DNA of 63,727 nt, counting the filler, from Octopus bimaculoides (taxonomy: Eukaryota): NCBI RefSeq assembly GCF_001194135.2. It is 5 parts of 4 records of this genome, joined end to end, with 100 filler letters (N's around TTAATTAATTAA, not from the genome) between each part and the next. Parts side by side here need not be neighbours in the genome. Positions count along the whole stretch, not along the records: positions 62,181 to 63,727 come from NC_068998.1; 4 more parts are not named here. The stretch is one strand, 5' to 3'. Positions 62,710 through 63,727 of this stretch are shown one piece after another. The notes beneath the pieces were generated by a model, which was not told where the DNA came from, did no database searches, and was given only the letters and a program-made list of their open reading frames with translations. Numbering within the stretch: the first letter of the stretch is position 1; each line of letters opens with the position of its first letter. A program made the position numbers and the translations under genes.

Positions 62710-63682
62710 TATCATTGTAAATGTTTCCTTTCACAGGTCTTCATAGTCAGAAAGTTCACAGAGTCCATACAAAGAAAAACAATATGCAAGAGTTTGCTTG
62801 TAATTTTTTAGTGACATGATATTACACATATTTCATTAACAATAATATCAATAAGGTAAGAGAAAGCATAAATAAATTGCATTATCAAATTTTCAGAGAT
62901 TGTACAACACACATAAATAAGCTTTAAGATTAAAATGAACATCAGGCAGAATTGCACTATCTCTGAAGAATTGATGGCATAACCTGTGCATAAAGTTTTT
63001 GCTTTTATAATGAATATTATTGTTAATGAAATGCATGTAAGTTGATGTTACTACATAATCTATGCACAAACTCACCAGTTTTATTTTGTGTATATATATA
63101 TATGNNNNNNNNNNATGATGATGATAACGATGATAATAATGACGACAATTATGATGATGACGATTATGATGATGATGATGGAATAAAAAGCTAAAACTCA
63201 AAAGCTCTTTTTTTTTTGCTATCATCAGATGGACAATAACTTCTTGTGGTGGTGGTGGTGATGTTGTTTATGGTTGTTATTGTTAAGCTCCAAGTCAACC
63301 CAAAGCGAACGATGCCTCTTGCTATGTTCAAAGGATTTTCCAGCTGTGATCATCCAGTCAAAAAGACACAGAGTATTTCTATCAACAGCCGTGCCACACA
63401 ACGTGTGTTCTTCCTCTTTTAACACAATATGATATATTCTAAGGGGAGGCATGGCTGTTAATTTGAACAGATTGAACTAATAGAGAGAACACATGGTGGT
63501 TTCACCTTTGGCTCACTCAACAAATTGTTTGCATGAAATGATTGCTACATGTCTGAATGCACTCACTTATTTCTGTGAACTTTAAGAATATCATAATTAA
63601 TTCATATCACCATTACTAACTTCAGCAAATGTTCAGGTGGTAGAATTTGGAGCAAAATGTTATGTAACACTTGACAATCTAC

Positions 63683-63727
<45 letters not shown>

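Overview
AT-rich, repeat-dominated eukaryotic DNA with many N gaps. The tRNA-derived SINE families and the microsatellite load suggest a cephalopod, probably Octopus (inferred from repeat style, not checked). I found no host protein-coding gene that I can name. Almost all ORFs in the supplied track are microsatellite, SINE or gap artefacts. Recognisable protein-coding remnants are all transposon-derived: two Penelope-like element (PLE) pieces (an RT at 1-338 that the ORF track misses, and a zinc-knuckle plus GIY-YIG endonuclease at about 43.8-44.4 kb), an R4/Dong-type LINE 3' end lying in a (TAA)n tract, RTE and CR1/L2-type LINE fragments, two maT-like Tc1/mariner relics, and hAT/MITE-like elements. 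The most notable signal is a set of small non-coding elements from at least five unrelated sequence families that carry type I minimal hammerhead-ribozyme motifs, most with a self-complementary stem III. Three of them sit in inverted-repeat architectures (13.5-14.0, 28.7-29.0 and 45.3-45.7 kb), one in a tandem pair (32.3-33.1 kb) and one is a single decayed copy (47.0 kb). The 28.7 kb element has perfect 59-bp terminal inverted repeats around a fully canonical hammerhead. Also noted: a near-perfect loopless 148-bp palindrome (21.9 kb), a pre-miRNA-like hairpin (53.5 kb) and a few weak exon or promoter candidates.
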